Counted from the first letter of the stretch, positions 6,742-17,241 are shown. The stretch is DNA of 64,000 nt from Thermodesulfobacteriota bacterium (GCA_040757055.1 JBFLXY010000011.1:19099-83098); one strand, 5' to 3'. The notes: a model not told the origin generated them from the sequence alone. Made by a program: numbers and translations.

Positions 6742-8373
6742 TCAGATCGGGCAGATCAGCTCGCGCAATTCCTCGCTGAGCCGCAGGTTTTCCCGGTAAT
6801 CCACCGGGCAGTCGATCACCGTCACCACCGGCTGCGCCAGGGCCTCGCGCAGCATGGGCGCCAGTTCGTCCGGGTGGCTTACCCGGCAGCCCCTGGCGCC
6901 GAAGGATTCGGCCAGCAGCACGAAATCCGGGTTGGTGAAGCGCACCTGGCTGCTGCGGCCGAAGGCATTCTGCTGCTTCCACTCGATGAGGCCGTAGCCG
7001 CCGTCGTTCCAGATCAGGACCACAAAGGCCAGCCCCAGCCGCCGGGCGGTCTCCAGTTCCTGCACGTTCATCAGAAAGCCGCCGTCGCCGGTCACCGCTA
7101 CCACCGCCTGGCGCGGCCGTACCAGCCTGGCCGCCACCGCGCCGGGCAGGGCGATGCCCATGCTGGCGAAGCCGTTGGAAATGAGGCAGGTGTTGGGTTC
7201 CTCGCAGGGGAACATCCGCGCCATCCACAGCTTGTGGGCGCCGACATCGCAGATCACCAGAGCTTCCGGGGGCAATGCCTCCCGCAGGTCGTGGATGAGG
7301 CGCTGGGGCTTGACCGGAAAGCCGGGATCGGCGGCGTGGGCCGCCATGGCCGCGAGCAGCGCCTCGCGCAGGGGCCGCATGAACTCGCCGGGATGCGGCG
7401 CGGCCATGGCCGCGAGGCGGTCGAGACTCACGGCGATGTCGCCCACCAGCGCGGCGGATACGGGATAGTGGCTGTCGGTTTCCGGCGGGGTGGAGTCGAT
7501 GTCGATGATGACCCGGTCGGCGCCGGGATGCCAGAGGTGGGGGTGGTATTCCACCAGGTCGTAGCCGACGCAGAGGATGCAGTCTGCCTGGCCGAAGCCG
7601 CAGCCGACGTAGTCCCTGGCCTGGAGGCCGGCGCTGCCCAGGGCCAGCGGGTGGCTGAAGGGGATCACCCCCTTGGCCATGAAGGTGTTGGCCACCGGGA
7701 TGTTGCACTGCTCGGCGAAACGGCGCAGGGCCTGGCAGGCGTGGTCGCGGATGGCGCCGTTGCCGGCCAGGATCATGGGGCGGCGGGACCGGCGGATGAG
7801 GGCCGCCGCCTTTTCCAGCTGACCGGTCTGGGGCTCGGGCAGCACCGGGTTGTGGGCCGGGAGCGGCTCGCCGGCCGCCGGCAGCTGGGCAATGTCCTCC
7901 GGCAGTTCGATGAAGCAGGCCCCCATCTTTTCGGTCTGAGCGATGCGGAAGGCCTTGCGGATCACCTCGGCGATGACGGCCGGGCTGACGATGCGGGTGC
8001 TGTACCTGGTGACCGGGGCAAAGAGGCTGGCCAGGTCGAGCACCTGGTGCGATTCCTTGTGCAGCCGGGTGGTGGCGGCCTGGCCGGCAATGGCGATGAG
8101 CGGCGCATGGTCGAGGTTGGCGTCGGCCACTCCGGTCACCAGATTGGTGGCGCCGGGGCCCAGGGTGGCGAGGCAGACGCCGGGCCGGCCGGTGAGGCGG
8201 CCGTAGACGTCGGCCATGAAGGCGGCGCCCTGTTCGTGGCGGCAGGTGACGAAGGTGATGGGGGTGCCGTGCAGGGCCTCGACGAGGTGGAGGTTCTCCT
8301 CCCCCGGCAGGCCGAAGACGTATTCCACCCCTTCGTTGCACAGGCAGCGGATGAAAAGTTCGGCACCGTTCAT
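6742..8373 (-). CDS. Thiamine-diphosphate enzyme, acetolactate-synthase-like (large subunit/AlsS type)
   Basis: GAELFIRCLCNEGVEYVFGLPGEENLHL...GPGATNLVTGVADA...GDGGFLMNVQELETA. Confidence 0.8.
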   Translation of the reverse strand: MNGAELFIRCLCNEGVEYVFGLPGEENLHLVEALHGTPITFVTCRHEQGAAFMADVYGRLTGRPGVCLATLGPGATNLVTGVADANLDHAPLIAIAGQAATTRLHKESHQVLDLASLFAPVTRYSTRIVSPAVIAEVIRKAFRIAQTEKMGACFIELPEDIAQLPAAGEPLPAHNPVLPEPQTGQLEKAAALIRRSRRPMILAGNGAIRDHACQALRRFAEQCNIPVANTFMAKGVIPFSHPLALGSAGLQARDYVGCGFGQADCILCVGYDLVEYHPHLWHPGADRVIIDIDSTPPETDSHYPVSAALVGDIAVSLDRLAAMAAPHPGEFMRPLREALLAAMAAHAADPGFPVKPQRLIHDLREALPPEALVICDVGAHKLWMARMFPCEEPNTCLISNGFASMGIALPGAVAARLVRPRQAVVAVTGDGGFLMNVQELETARRLGLAFVVLIWNDGGYGLIEWKQQNAFGRSSQVRFTNPDFVLLAESFGARGCRVSHPDELAPMLREALAQPVVTVIDCPVDYRENLRLSEELRELICPI

Positions 8374-8404
8374 GGCATGCCTTTGCAGGCTGGCGGCGCT
8401 CCGC

Positions 8405-9556
8405 TCACCGGGCCCCGCCGCCGGCCGCTTCGTCCTGGTCCAGGGCGGCCGGCAGCCAGAAGGTGAAGGAGGAGCCGCTGCCCACCTCGGAGGTCACGGT
8501 GATCTCGCCGTTGTGGTTCTGGGCAATGGTCTGGCAGAGGCTCAACCCCAGGCCGACGCCGGGCAGCGCCGCCTGCGGCGAGCCGGTGGGCGCCTGGGCT
8601 CCCTTCGTGGTGTAGAAGGGGTCGAAGATCCGGGTCAGGTATTTTTTGGGAATGCCGCAGCCGTTGTCGCTCACCCGGACAAAGACGCGCTCCCCTTCCG
8701 CACCGGTTTCGATCCGCACCGCGCGCTCCGGCTTGCCGAGGGTGGCGTGGGCGGCGTTGGTGATGAAGTTGGCCACCAGCTGCTTGACGAGGCCGACGTT
8801 CACCTCCACCGGCGGGGTCGGCCGCAAGAGGCGCGCAAACCGCACCCCGTCGTCGGTCAGGGGCTTCTCGCAGAGGGCCAGCACCTCCTCGATCAGATGG
8901 GTGAGGTCGGTGCGGGCAAAGCCCCACATCTGGCTCTGGTCGCTGAAGGCGGAGAGCTCCTTGACGATCTGGGAGGCGCGTCTGGCGAAGAGCTGGATGT
9001 GGTTGAGGTGATCCCGGAGATCCGGCGCCAGTTCCGGGCTGGCCAGCGCCATCTGGGTGTAGCCCATGATGCCGACGTTGATGTTGTTGAACTGGTGGGC
9101 AATGCCGGTGACGAGATGGCCGAGGGCCGCGAGGCGTTCGGCCCGGGCCAGCTGTTCTTCGGCATGGTGCCTGGCCATGCGCGCCTCGTAGAGTTCGGTG
9201 GCGTTGTGCACCGCCACCACGAGTTCGCGGCTGTCCTGCCAGGGCTTGGCGATGTAGCGCCAGACCGCGTCTTCCGAAACCGCCTGCATGATGCAGTCGA
9301 GGTCCATGTAGGCGGTGAAGATCATGCCGACAAAATGGGGGTCGATCTGGCGCGCTTTCTGGAGCAGGGCGAGTCCGTCCATTCCTTCCATGCGCAGGTC
9401 GCTGACGATGACGTGGGGGTGCTCGCTCTGCACCAGGGCCAGCGCCGTCTCGCCGTCGGCGGCCGTCAGCAGCCGGTAAGGCTCCCTGGCGAAGGCCACC
9501 TCGATGGTCTTCAGAATCACCGGGTTGTCATCGACAAAGAGGATGGGATGGTCCAT
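8405..9556 (-). CDS. Hybrid response-regulator receiver plus histidine kinase
   Basis: REC domain (ILFVDDNP...VSDLRMEGMDG), H-box (GIAHQFNN) and HATPase region (DNGCGIP...GVGLGLS). Only the C-terminal 383 aa of the 739-aa track ORF look real. Confidence 0.8.
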   Translation of the reverse strand: MDHPILFVDDNPVILKTIEVAFAREPYRLLTAADGETALALVQSEHPHVIVSDLRMEGMDGLALLQKARQIDPHFVGMIFTAYMDLDCIMQAVSEDAVWRYIAKPWQDSRELVVAVHNATELYEARMARHHAEEQLARAERLAALGHLVTGIAHQFNNINVGIMGYTQMALASPELAPDLRDHLNHIQLFARRASQIVKELSAFSDQSQMWGFARTDLTHLIEEVLALCEKPLTDDGVRFARLLRPTPPVEVNVGLVKQLVANFITNAAHATLGKPERAVRIETGAEGERVFVRVSDNGCGIPKKYLTRIFDPFYTTKGAQAPTGSPQAALPGVGLGLSLCQTIAQNHNGEITVTSEVGSGSSFTFWLPAALDQDEAAGGGAR

Positions 9557-9796
9557 GGCGGCCGGGCATAAGGGGTTGGGAGAGAGGCGCTTCCTGATAC
9601 TGGGATACCGCGGGAGGTTCTTTTTTGTCAAGCGACTTCGCGCTGCCTTGTCCTGCCGGGGAAAGGGAAATGCGCCCTGTGCTTTCTTCTGGCTTGACTT
9701 GGGTTTTTGGCGGGGGTATCCAGTAATAACGCCGCCATATCGGGAAAAGGCTGTTGTGTGCCGTGGAAAAGTCAGGCAGCAGAAGGGAGGAACCGC

Positions 9797-10852
9797 ATGT
9801 TGCTGAACGATGGCGCGTCTGCCATGGAAATCGGGGAGTATTGCGGCAGGATTCTCCATGAAGACTGCAGTGATGCGCTTAAAAAGCAGGTGACAGCCTG
9901 GATCGGCGCTTTCCGGGCGATGGAGCGGACCGGGGTCCCGCTCATGGTCTACATCGCGGCCTGGCGTGAAGGCGAGAACGCGATCTGGTACGAGTATGCA
10001 GGCCCCCGGCTCTGCGACATGCTTGGCTGCCGGAGCGGCGAACTGGCGGAGGTTTTGCGCCAGTCGGTGATCGACCGCCGGGAATACCGCTATGCCGACC
10101 CCGGCGCCGAGGTGCTGGAAGAGGTCGTCACCCGCCAGGAACTGGAAGCCTTTCGCCAGGGGCTGCGCGAGGCCGTGCGTCGTCAGGGCGGGGTGGAGGC
10201 CGTGTACAAGGTGGTGGCCGGGGGCGGCAGAACCCTGTGGCTCAAGGACCGGGCCGAGACCAGGGCCTTTGCCGGCGACGGCATTTTCGTCTCGCTGGGC
10301 ACCCTCACCGAGGTGACCAAGGAGATGGAGCAGAAAGACCTGCTCCAGAAAATCGGCTACTTCGACGAACTGACCCGGCTGCCCAGGCGCAGCATCATGC
10401 AGACCCTGCTGGAGATGAGCTTCGGCCAGATGAAGAAGCAGCTCATCCACAATTTTTCCTTCCTGATGCTGGCCCTCGACGACTTTGCCGGCATCCGGGC
10501 GCGCTGCGGCGAGGCGGAGGCCGACCGGCTGCTGGCTCAGGTGGCGGAAGTGCTCGCCGCCAGCAAGCGGCGCGAGGACGAGGTGGGGCGCTTCGGGGGC
10601 GAGGAGTTCTATGCCCTCTCCCATGGCGGCATGGAGAGCGGCCGCGAACTTGCGGAACGGCTCCGGCGGCGGGTTGAGCAGACCGCCTTCGCCGCCGGGG
10701 ACGGCGCGCCCCTGACCCTCACCCTGTCGGTGGGGGTGGTCGAGGCGACGGAGCTGGCGAAGCCGGCCATCGATCCTCTGGTCATGCGGGCGGACCGGCG
10801 GCTGCGGGAGGCGCGCCAGCAGGGCGGCAACCGGGTGGTGGGCGGCGGCTGA
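9797..10852 (+). CDS. Diguanylate cyclase (PAS-like N-terminus plus GGDEF domain)
   Basis: GGEEF active site (RFGGEEFYAL). GGGAGG RBS 6 nt before the ATG at 9797. Confidence 0.8.
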   Translation: MLLNDGASAMEIGEYCGRILHEDCSDALKKQVTAWIGAFRAMERTGVPLMVYIAAWREGENAIWYEYAGPRLCDMLGCRSGELAEVLRQSVIDRREYRYADPGAEVLEEVVTRQELEAFRQGLREAVRRQGGVEAVYKVVAGGGRTLWLKDRAETRAFAGDGIFVSLGTLTEVTKEMEQKDLLQKIGYFDELTRLPRRSIMQTLLEMSFGQMKKQLIHNFSFLMLALDDFAGIRARCGEAEADRLLAQVAEVLAASKRREDEVGRFGGEEFYALSHGGMESGRELAERLRRRVEQTAFAAGDGAPLTLTLSVGVVEATELAKPAIDPLVMRADRRLREARQQGGNRVVGGG

Positions 10853-10858
10853 GCCGTC

Positions 10859-12958
10859 TCAGCTTTCCATGATGGCCCAGAGGGTCTGGATCAGGGCCAG
10901 AATGGGGGCGACGAGCAGGGTGATGAACTGGATCGCCTGCTTCTGGAACCATGGGTCCCGCAACAGGCCGGCCAGCCCCGAGGAGGGGTCGCCGAGCAGG
11001 ATGATGAGGCCGGGCAGCAGGATGAGGCCGCCGGCGATGAGGGCGAGTTCGGTGAGGAGGAGCTTGCGGCCGAAGAGCTTCAGGCTGTCCAGCAGGGTGG
11101 CGACCCAGGTCATCCGGGCGGTCAGCTGCTGGAGCTTCTCGAAGTGCAGGTCGCTCTGGTCCAGTTTTTCGATGATCTCCCGGTACAGCGTGCCGTGCAT
11201 CTTTTTTTCGGCGCTTGCCTGGGCCTCCACCAGGGTGGCCTTGATCGCCGTGAGAACGGTCAGGAATTCCCGGAAGAACGCCTGATAGGCGTAGGAGTTC
11301 CAGAAGTAGCGATACCCCTCCCACCGCTGCATGGTCTTTTCGTTCCGCTGCTTCAAGGCGTCGAGCTTCGCCTCCTGCACCCGGTAGCAGGCCCGCAGGA
11401 GCAGGCGCGCCTTGTCCGCCACGTCGATCAGGTCGTAATAGCTCCGCTGCTCGTACTGCTGCTCCACCATGGCGAAGTCGCCGAGCAGGTGCTTCATCTC
11501 CGGCTCCTCCTCGGTGAGCCAGCCCTGGAGTTCCTGCATCATGGCGCGGGCCTTGGCGAAGTGCTCTTCCGCCTCCTGCTGCTGGGTCTCCAGCCGGGAG
11601 GCGAGCATCTCCTCCAGCGGCCCCTCGATGGGAATGAGGTCCGGGTCCATCAGGGCCTGGACGAAAAGTTCCTTCTGGCCGACGATCAGGGAGCGGAGCT
11701 GGCCCAGGGCCCGGTCGCCCAAGCCGTTTCTGACCGAGAACTGAACCTGGGCGTAGAGAGCCTCCTGGCACTCGCGATCGATGGAAAAGACGTTGTCCAG
11801 GGCGTGTTCCGCCTTCCAGTTGTTGTCCAGCAGGGCGTAGTAGCGGGAAAGCAGCAGCGAGATGTAGATGCGGTCCTTGTCGGTGGCGGTCATCCGCAGG
11901 GCGCTTTCGAGATAGTGGCCCATGTCGTGCTCGCGTCCGAGCTCCAGGGAGACGAAGGCGCGTCCGACGGTGGCGTGGAACTGTTTGCCTTTGGGCCGCC
12001 GGGATTCGTCGACCAGCAGATCCTCGGCCTGGGCGTACTGGCCGACCCGCAGGCAGTCGAGGCCGAGATAGAGGCTGTGGCTGTCGACGCTGATCGTTTC
12101 GGGGCGGCCGAGATCCTGCCAGCGGGAGTGGGCGGAAAAGGCGATATGCCACAGGAAGCGGGGCTGATAGATCTTGCAGAGATCGAAGAAGGCGACGTAG
12201 GCCTGGAGCACGGGATCGCGGCGCAGCTGGCTGGTGGCCACTCCGGGGGAGAGGATGGTCTGCAGCCGGTCCTGGTGGGTGATCGCCTCGTGGAAGAGTT
12301 CGTTGAGGCGCGGCAGCGGATGGTAGCCCACCAGCGGCAGCCCTTGGGCCTGCATGGTCAGCAGCTTGCTGGGGCAGCTGGCCGGGGCGTGGCTGGTCAT
12401 GCCGCAGTAGAAGCAGTGCTTCTGGTCGGCGGTGCGGGTCAGGCGGCGGCTGGGAAAGATCGGCTCGCGAAGGCTCAGGGCGCGGCCGGGGAACTTGACC
12501 GGGAAGAGACCCAGTTCCTCGTCGCCGATGTGGTGGGCGGGAAGATTGCCGCCCTCGGCCAGGGTGGTCCATTGTTCGCGCAGCGGCCTGGTGAGGTAGA
12601 GGGCCTCGTGGTGCAGCAGGGCCCAGACCTTGGAAGCCGGATCCCGCAGCGGCTGGGGCAGGTTGTCCGCCCTGCCGCAATGGAGAATGATCTGGATCGG
12701 CGCCGGGCCCAGGGAATTGTCCCAATGGTATTCCTGTTTGCTCTGATCGAGGCGGTCGAAGAGGGAGCTGATCGCGCCGGCAAGCTGGTGGTGCTGGAAG
12801 ATGAGCAGTTCGTCGGTGCCTTCGAGTTCGGCCGCGGCATCCTGCTGGAGGGCGGTGCGGAGGGTGTAGAAGAAACCGAGCCAGCGGTCACCGATGAGCT
12901 GCTGCCCGGCCGGCGTATCGGAGTGGACGGTGACGAGAATGGAATCGGAATCGGCCAT
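10859..12958 (-). CDS. Hypothetical 699-aa protein: N-terminal globular domain, exact CCHC zinc knuckle, TPR-like and coiled-coil middle, C-terminal transmembrane segments
   Basis: CFYCGMTSHAPASC (residues 182-195) matches CX2CX4HX4C exactly. The tail LLLTELALIAGGLILLPGLIILL and ITLLVAPILALIQTLWAI is hydrophobic. Third-position GC bias is consistent with coding. Confidence 0.7.
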   Translation of the reverse strand: MADSDSILVTVHSDTPAGQQLIGDRWLGFFYTLRTALQQDAAAELEGTDELLIFQHHQLAGAISSLFDRLDQSKQEYHWDNSLGPAPIQIILHCGRADNLPQPLRDPASKVWALLHHEALYLTRPLREQWTTLAEGGNLPAHHIGDEELGLFPVKFPGRALSLREPIFPSRRLTRTADQKHCFYCGMTSHAPASCPSKLLTMQAQGLPLVGYHPLPRLNELFHEAITHQDRLQTILSPGVATSQLRRDPVLQAYVAFFDLCKIYQPRFLWHIAFSAHSRWQDLGRPETISVDSHSLYLGLDCLRVGQYAQAEDLLVDESRRPKGKQFHATVGRAFVSLELGREHDMGHYLESALRMTATDKDRIYISLLLSRYYALLDNNWKAEHALDNVFSIDRECQEALYAQVQFSVRNGLGDRALGQLRSLIVGQKELFVQALMDPDLIPIEGPLEEMLASRLETQQQEAEEHFAKARAMMQELQGWLTEEEPEMKHLLGDFAMVEQQYEQRSYYDLIDVADKARLLLRACYRVQEAKLDALKQRNEKTMQRWEGYRYFWNSYAYQAFFREFLTVLTAIKATLVEAQASAEKKMHGTLYREIIEKLDQSDLHFEKLQQLTARMTWVATLLDSLKLFGRKLLLTELALIAGGLILLPGLIILLGDPSSGLAGLLRDPWFQKQAIQFITLLVAPILALIQTLWAIMES

Positions 12959-12980
12959 GGTCTCGGTTTCTCACGGTCGG

Positions 12981-14144
12981 TCAGATGCAGTTGCGCGCAA
13001 TCTCCCGGGCCTCCTCATGCTTCGGATCGAGGCGGAGCAGCTTGCTGGCCCACCAGTCGGCCCGGGCCTTCATGCGCATGCCGAAATAGGTCTTGGCCAG
13101 GGTGAGCATCACATCGATGTCTTCAGGGAATTTTTCGGCAACCTTTTCGAGAATCTTGAGCGCCTCGTTCCTGTCCCCCGCCGCCAGCAGGGTCAGGCCG
13201 ATCTTTTTGCTCAGGTAGAAGCGCTCGGGATCGTCCTTGAGCACCTCCTGGTAGGTCTTCACCGCCAGGTCGAAGAGGCTGTGCTGGGCGCAGGCATCGG
13301 CCACTTCCTCCCGCAGGTCGATGTCGTTGGCCTTGCTCTTGATCACCATCTTGAAAATCTTCTCCGCCTCCGCCGCCCGGTTTTTCTTGAGCAGCAGCCT
13401 GGCGAAGTTCAATGCCCGGTCGGAGTGGCGGGGGCTGATCTCCATGGCCCGGGAGAAGAACTGCATGGCCTTTTCCACCTGATCGAGGCGGAAATAGATC
13501 TGGCCCAGGGCATGGTAGGAGGAGACGTCGAGCCGGTTGAGTTCAATCGCCTTTTCAAAGCAGAGCTGCCCCTTCTTGAGATCCCCCTTTTTGAGCAGCA
13601 GGCGGCCCAATTCCCGGTAAGGCCGGGAGGAGCGGCTGTTGATCGCGGTGGCCTTGGTCGCCTCGGCGATGGCGCCGCCCAGGTTGCCCTGCTCGTCGAG
13701 GTCCCGGGCCGCGAGCAGATGGCGGGTCATCTGGTCGGGGTTGTTCTGGTGATCGAGCAGTTCGTTGATTTTCTGCTCCAGCGTCGCGGTGACAAAGGGC
13801 TTGGTCATGTACGCATCGACATCGTGTTCCGCTGCCTCGGCGACGATGTCCATGTTGGCCTCGGCGGTGATCATCAGGAAAGGGATGTCGCGGGTTTTCC
13901 TGGTGGCCCGCACCACGTTGAGCAGTTCGGTGCCGGACATGTGCGGCATGTAGTAATCGGAGATGATGAAGTCGAAGACTATCTCTTTCTCCTGCAGGAG
14001 TTTCCAGGCGTCGCGGCCGTTGGCGGCCTCGTAGTATTCGCGGCCGTAGTTCAGGAGCTTCAGCATCGCCTTGATGGAACGGCGCATGTTGTCAACGTCG
14101 TCCACAATGAGAAAGGTCATATCCTTGGGCAGTTTGGCCGGCAT
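12981..14144 (-). CDS. Response-regulator receiver fused to TPR repeats
   Basis: REC domain (FLIVDDVDNMR...ISDYYMPHMSG...KPF) followed by several TPR-like repeats. The start was trimmed to MPAKLPKD. Confidence 0.8.
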   Translation of the reverse strand: MPAKLPKDMTFLIVDDVDNMRRSIKAMLKLLNYGREYYEAANGRDAWKLLQEKEIVFDFIISDYYMPHMSGTELLNVVRATRKTRDIPFLMITAEANMDIVAEAAEHDVDAYMTKPFVTATLEQKINELLDHQNNPDQMTRHLLAARDLDEQGNLGGAIAEATKATAINSRSSRPYRELGRLLLKKGDLKKGQLCFEKAIELNRLDVSSYHALGQIYFRLDQVEKAMQFFSRAMEISPRHSDRALNFARLLLKKNRAAEAEKIFKMVIKSKANDIDLREEVADACAQHSLFDLAVKTYQEVLKDDPERFYLSKKIGLTLLAAGDRNEALKILEKVAEKFPEDIDVMLTLAKTYFGMRMKARADWWASKLLRLDPKHEEAREIARNCI

Positions 14145-14166
14145 GGCGCTCCTCGTTGCGTCGTGG

Positions 14167-15438
14167 TTACAGCGGCAGGGTGAAGAAGAAACGGCTGCCC
14201 CCGGCGGGGGGCGTCTCGACGCCGATTCTGCCGCGGTGGAGTTCCACCGCCAGACGGCAGAAATAAAGGCCGAGGCCGGTGCCGACCAGGGCATCCTGCC
14301 TGTCCGAGATGCGGGCGTACTTCTCGAAAACGGCGGTGCGTTTTTCCGGAGGGATGCCGGTCCCCTGGTCCTGGACAAAAAATTCCAGCTTCCTGCCGCC
14401 GGGAAGGACCTGGCAGCCGAAGGTGATGGCGGTGCCGGGCGGGCTGTATCCCAGGGCGTTGGTCAGGAGGTTCTGCATGACCCGCAGGATCAGGATGCGG
14501 TCGAGTTCCACCCGGGGCAGCTCTTCGTCCGGGATGGCCAGGGTGATGCCGATGTTCTTGATCCGCGCCAGTCCCCGCATGCTGCTCAGGGATTCCTCCA
14601 GGATCACCTTGGGGTCCACGGTTTCGCGGATGAGGGAAAGCTTGCCGTCTTCGATCTTGTCGATGGTGCCGAGGTTGGCCACCATGCGCACCGCCCGGTT
14701 GCAGCCGATCTGCGCCGCCTCCAGAAATTCCCGCTGTTCGGCGCCGATGGAGTAGGAGAGGATGTCCAGGTTGGCCACCACCTCGGAGAGCGGCCCCTTG
14801 AGGTCGTGGATCAGCAGTTTCGACAGCTCGGCCCGCATCGCCTGCTGGCGCTGGAGTTCCTGGTTGCGCTGGCGCAGGGTGTCGCGCTGCTTCTTGAGCT
14901 CCTCCTGCAGGGACTGCTGCACCAGGAGCGAGAGGACGAGGCCGGTGAAATCGAGCAGCCGGGTGATGTCCTCCTTGAGGAGATTTTCCTCGCCGGCCTT
15001 GTCGGTGACGTTGATGATGCCGAGCAGCTTGTCGTTGCGGAGGATGGGCACCGAAAGCAGGGCATTCTTCTTGTAGTGCTGCCGGCACTGGCTCCGGAAG
15101 CGTTTGTCCCTGGCAATGTCCGGGATGAAGAGCGGTTCGCGGTGGCGGGCCACCCAGGCGGCGACCGAGCCGTTGTCCAGCCGCTGGGTGTGGCCGATCA
15201 GTTCGGTGCGGGTGGCGGCGCGGACCACCAGTTCCTTCTTCTTCCCCGCCACCACCATGATGGAGCCCTGCTCCACCCCGAGGTAATCGAGGATGCAGTT
15301 GAGGATGCGGGCGAGGCGCTGGTCGTAGTCGAGATGCGGGGTGCCGAGGATGGCGGCGATGCGGCCGAAGCTGTCCAGCAGGCGGTTGGCCAGGGCAAGG
15401 TCATGCACTTTTTCCGATGCGGCGCTCTTTTTGGGCAT
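14167..15438 (-). CDS. GAF-domain sensor histidine kinase
   Basis: GAF-like N-terminus, H-box (LIHDLKGPL) and HATPase region (DQGTGIP...GTGLGLYFC). The start was trimmed to MPKKSAAS. Confidence 0.8.
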   Translation of the reverse strand: MPKKSAASEKVHDLALANRLLDSFGRIAAILGTPHLDYDQRLARILNCILDYLGVEQGSIMVVAGKKKELVVRAATRTELIGHTQRLDNGSVAAWVARHREPLFIPDIARDKRFRSQCRQHYKKNALLSVPILRNDKLLGIINVTDKAGEENLLKEDITRLLDFTGLVLSLLVQQSLQEELKKQRDTLRQRNQELQRQQAMRAELSKLLIHDLKGPLSEVVANLDILSYSIGAEQREFLEAAQIGCNRAVRMVANLGTIDKIEDGKLSLIRETVDPKVILEESLSSMRGLARIKNIGITLAIPDEELPRVELDRILILRVMQNLLTNALGYSPPGTAITFGCQVLPGGRKLEFFVQDQGTGIPPEKRTAVFEKYARISDRQDALVGTGLGLYFCRLAVELHRGRIGVETPPAGGSRFFFTLPL

Positions 15439-15563
15439 TGCGTGTCCCCGGGGTGGGAGTGGCGTGCGGGCAACGAACTGCAATCTGATCAATCATAGCG
15501 GAAAAAAAAGCGGCTGACAAATGGTGAAGAGGGTCTGTGGCGGAGGCACGTGGCAGGCGCCGG

Positions 15564-17135
15564 TTATTCCCATTCGATGGTGCCCGGCGGCTTGCCGGTG
15601 ATGTCGTATACCACCCGCGAGATGCCGCGCACCTCGTTGCAGATCCGCCGGGTGACGTGATCGAGGAAGTCGTACGGGAGGTGGGCCCAGCGGGCGGTCA
15701 TGAAGTCCACCGTCTCCACCGCCCGCAGCGCCACCACGTGGGCGTACTGGCGGTTGTCGCCCACCACGCCCACCGAGCGCACCGGCAGGAAGACGGTGAA
15801 TGCCTGGGAGACCTTGTCGTAGAGGCCGTGCTTCCGGAGTTCCTCGATGAAGATGTCGTCGGCCAGGCGCAGGGTGTCGGCGTAGTCCTTCCGCACCTCG
15901 CCCAGGATGCGCACGCCAAGACCAGGGCCGGGGAAGGGGTGGCGAAAGACCATCTCGGAAGGCAGCCCCAGCTCGATGCCGATGGTGCGCACCTCGTCCT
16001 TGAAGAGTTCCCGCAGCGGCTCAACGAGGCCGAGCTTCATGTGCTCCGGCAGGCCGCCCACGTTGTGGTGGCTCTTGATGACCTTGGCCTTGCCGGTCTT
16101 GGCGCCGGCCGATTCGATGACATCCGGGTAGATGGTGCCCTGGGCCAGCCATTTGACGTTGGTCAGCCTGGCCGCCTCCTCCTCGAAGACCTCGATGAAG
16201 GTGGTGCCGATGATCTTTCTTTTCTGCTCCGGGTCTTCCACGCCCTTGAGCTTGGCCAGGAAGCGCTCCTCGGCATTGACCCGGATCACCTTGACCCCCA
16301 TGTGCCGCGCAAAGGTGGCCATGACCTGCTCGCCCTCGTTGAGGCGCAGGAGGCCGTTGTCGACAAAGACGCAGGTGAGCTGGTCGCCGACCGCCTTGTG
16401 GAGCAGCGCCGCCACCACCGAGGAGTCCACCCCGCCGGAAAGGCCCAGGAGCACCTCGTCGGAGCCCACCTTGGCGCGCACCTGCTCGATGGAGTCGGCG
16501 ATGATGTTGTCCGGGGTCCAGAGGCGTCCGCAGCCGCAGATCTCGTGGACAAAGCGTTCGATGATCCGTTTGCCCTGGCGGGTGTGGGTCACCTCGGGGT
16601 GGAACTGCAGGCCATAGAAGCGGCGGGTCTCATCGGCCATGCCGGCCAAGGGCGCGCTGTCGGTCTCGCAGATGGCGACAAAGCCATTGGGCAGCCTGGT
16701 GACCCGGTCGCCGTGGCTCATCCAGACATCGAGCAGGCCGTAGCCCTCGGGACTGGCGTGATCCTCGATGTCGGCCAGCAGCCTGGAGTGGTGGCGGGCC
16801 CGAACCTGGGCGTAGCCGTATTCGCGGTGGCTGGAGGGCTCCACCTCGCCGCCCAGCTGGGCGGCCATGGTCTGCTGGCCGTAGCAGATGCCCAGCACCG
16901 GCACGCCCAGGGTGAAGACCACGTCGTTGGCCCGCGGCGTTTCGGCCTCGTGCACCGACTGCGGGCCGCCGGAGAGGATGATGCCGTTGGGCTTGAAATC
17001 GCGGATGGCGGCACCGTCCATCTCCCAGGGGTGAATTTCGCAGTAGACCCCGGCTTCGCGCACCCGGCGGGCGATGAGCTGGGTGTACTGGGAGCCGAAA
17101 TCAAGGATGAGGATGCGTTCGCTGTGGATGTTCAT
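15564..17135 (-). CDS. guaA: GMP synthase (glutamine-hydrolysing)
   Basis: Full-length match to the GuaA pattern ([20 protein letters not shown]...LGICYG...SGGVDSSV...IEWE). Confidence 0.95.
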   Translation of the reverse strand: MNIHSERILILDFGSQYTQLIARRVREAGVYCEIHPWEMDGAAIRDFKPNGIILSGGPQSVHEAETPRANDVVFTLGVPVLGICYGQQTMAAQLGGEVEPSSHREYGYAQVRARHHSRLLADIEDHASPEGYGLLDVWMSHGDRVTRLPNGFVAICETDSAPLAGMADETRRFYGLQFHPEVTHTRQGKRIIERFVHEICGCGRLWTPDNIIADSIEQVRAKVGSDEVLLGLSGGVDSSVVAALLHKAVGDQLTCVFVDNGLLRLNEGEQVMATFARHMGVKVIRVNAEERFLAKLKGVEDPEQKRKIIGTTFIEVFEEEAARLTNVKWLAQGTIYPDVIESAGAKTGKAKVIKSHHNVGGLPEHMKLGLVEPLRELFKDEVRTIGIELGLPSEMVFRHPFPGPGLGVRILGEVRKDYADTLRLADDIFIEELRKHGLYDKVSQAFTVFLPVRSVGVVGDNRQYAHVVALRAVETVDFMTARWAHLPYDFLDHVTRRICNEVRGISRVVYDITGKPPGTIEWE

Positions 17136-17241
17136 GAAGAGACCTTAAAGGGAATTCAGGATTCAGGAGTCAGAATCCAGGAGAAACCAGAAACCGACAG
17201 TTGCCATTCTGAATCCTGTCTTCTGGCGGCTGAATCCTTCG

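Noticed and set aside
8405-10624. Full 739-aa extent of the track ORF
   Set aside because: The N-terminal ~355 aa read through the divergent intergenic region and the antisense of the GGDEF gene. The real protein starts at MDHPILFVDD (9556).
10782-12725. 647-aa alternative-frame ORF on the minus strand, and the 653-aa plus-strand ORF at 11144-13105
   Set aside because: Both overlap the 699-aa gene. They are Pro/Arg/Gly-rich without structure, whereas the chosen frame has balanced composition, a zinc knuckle and transmembrane segments.
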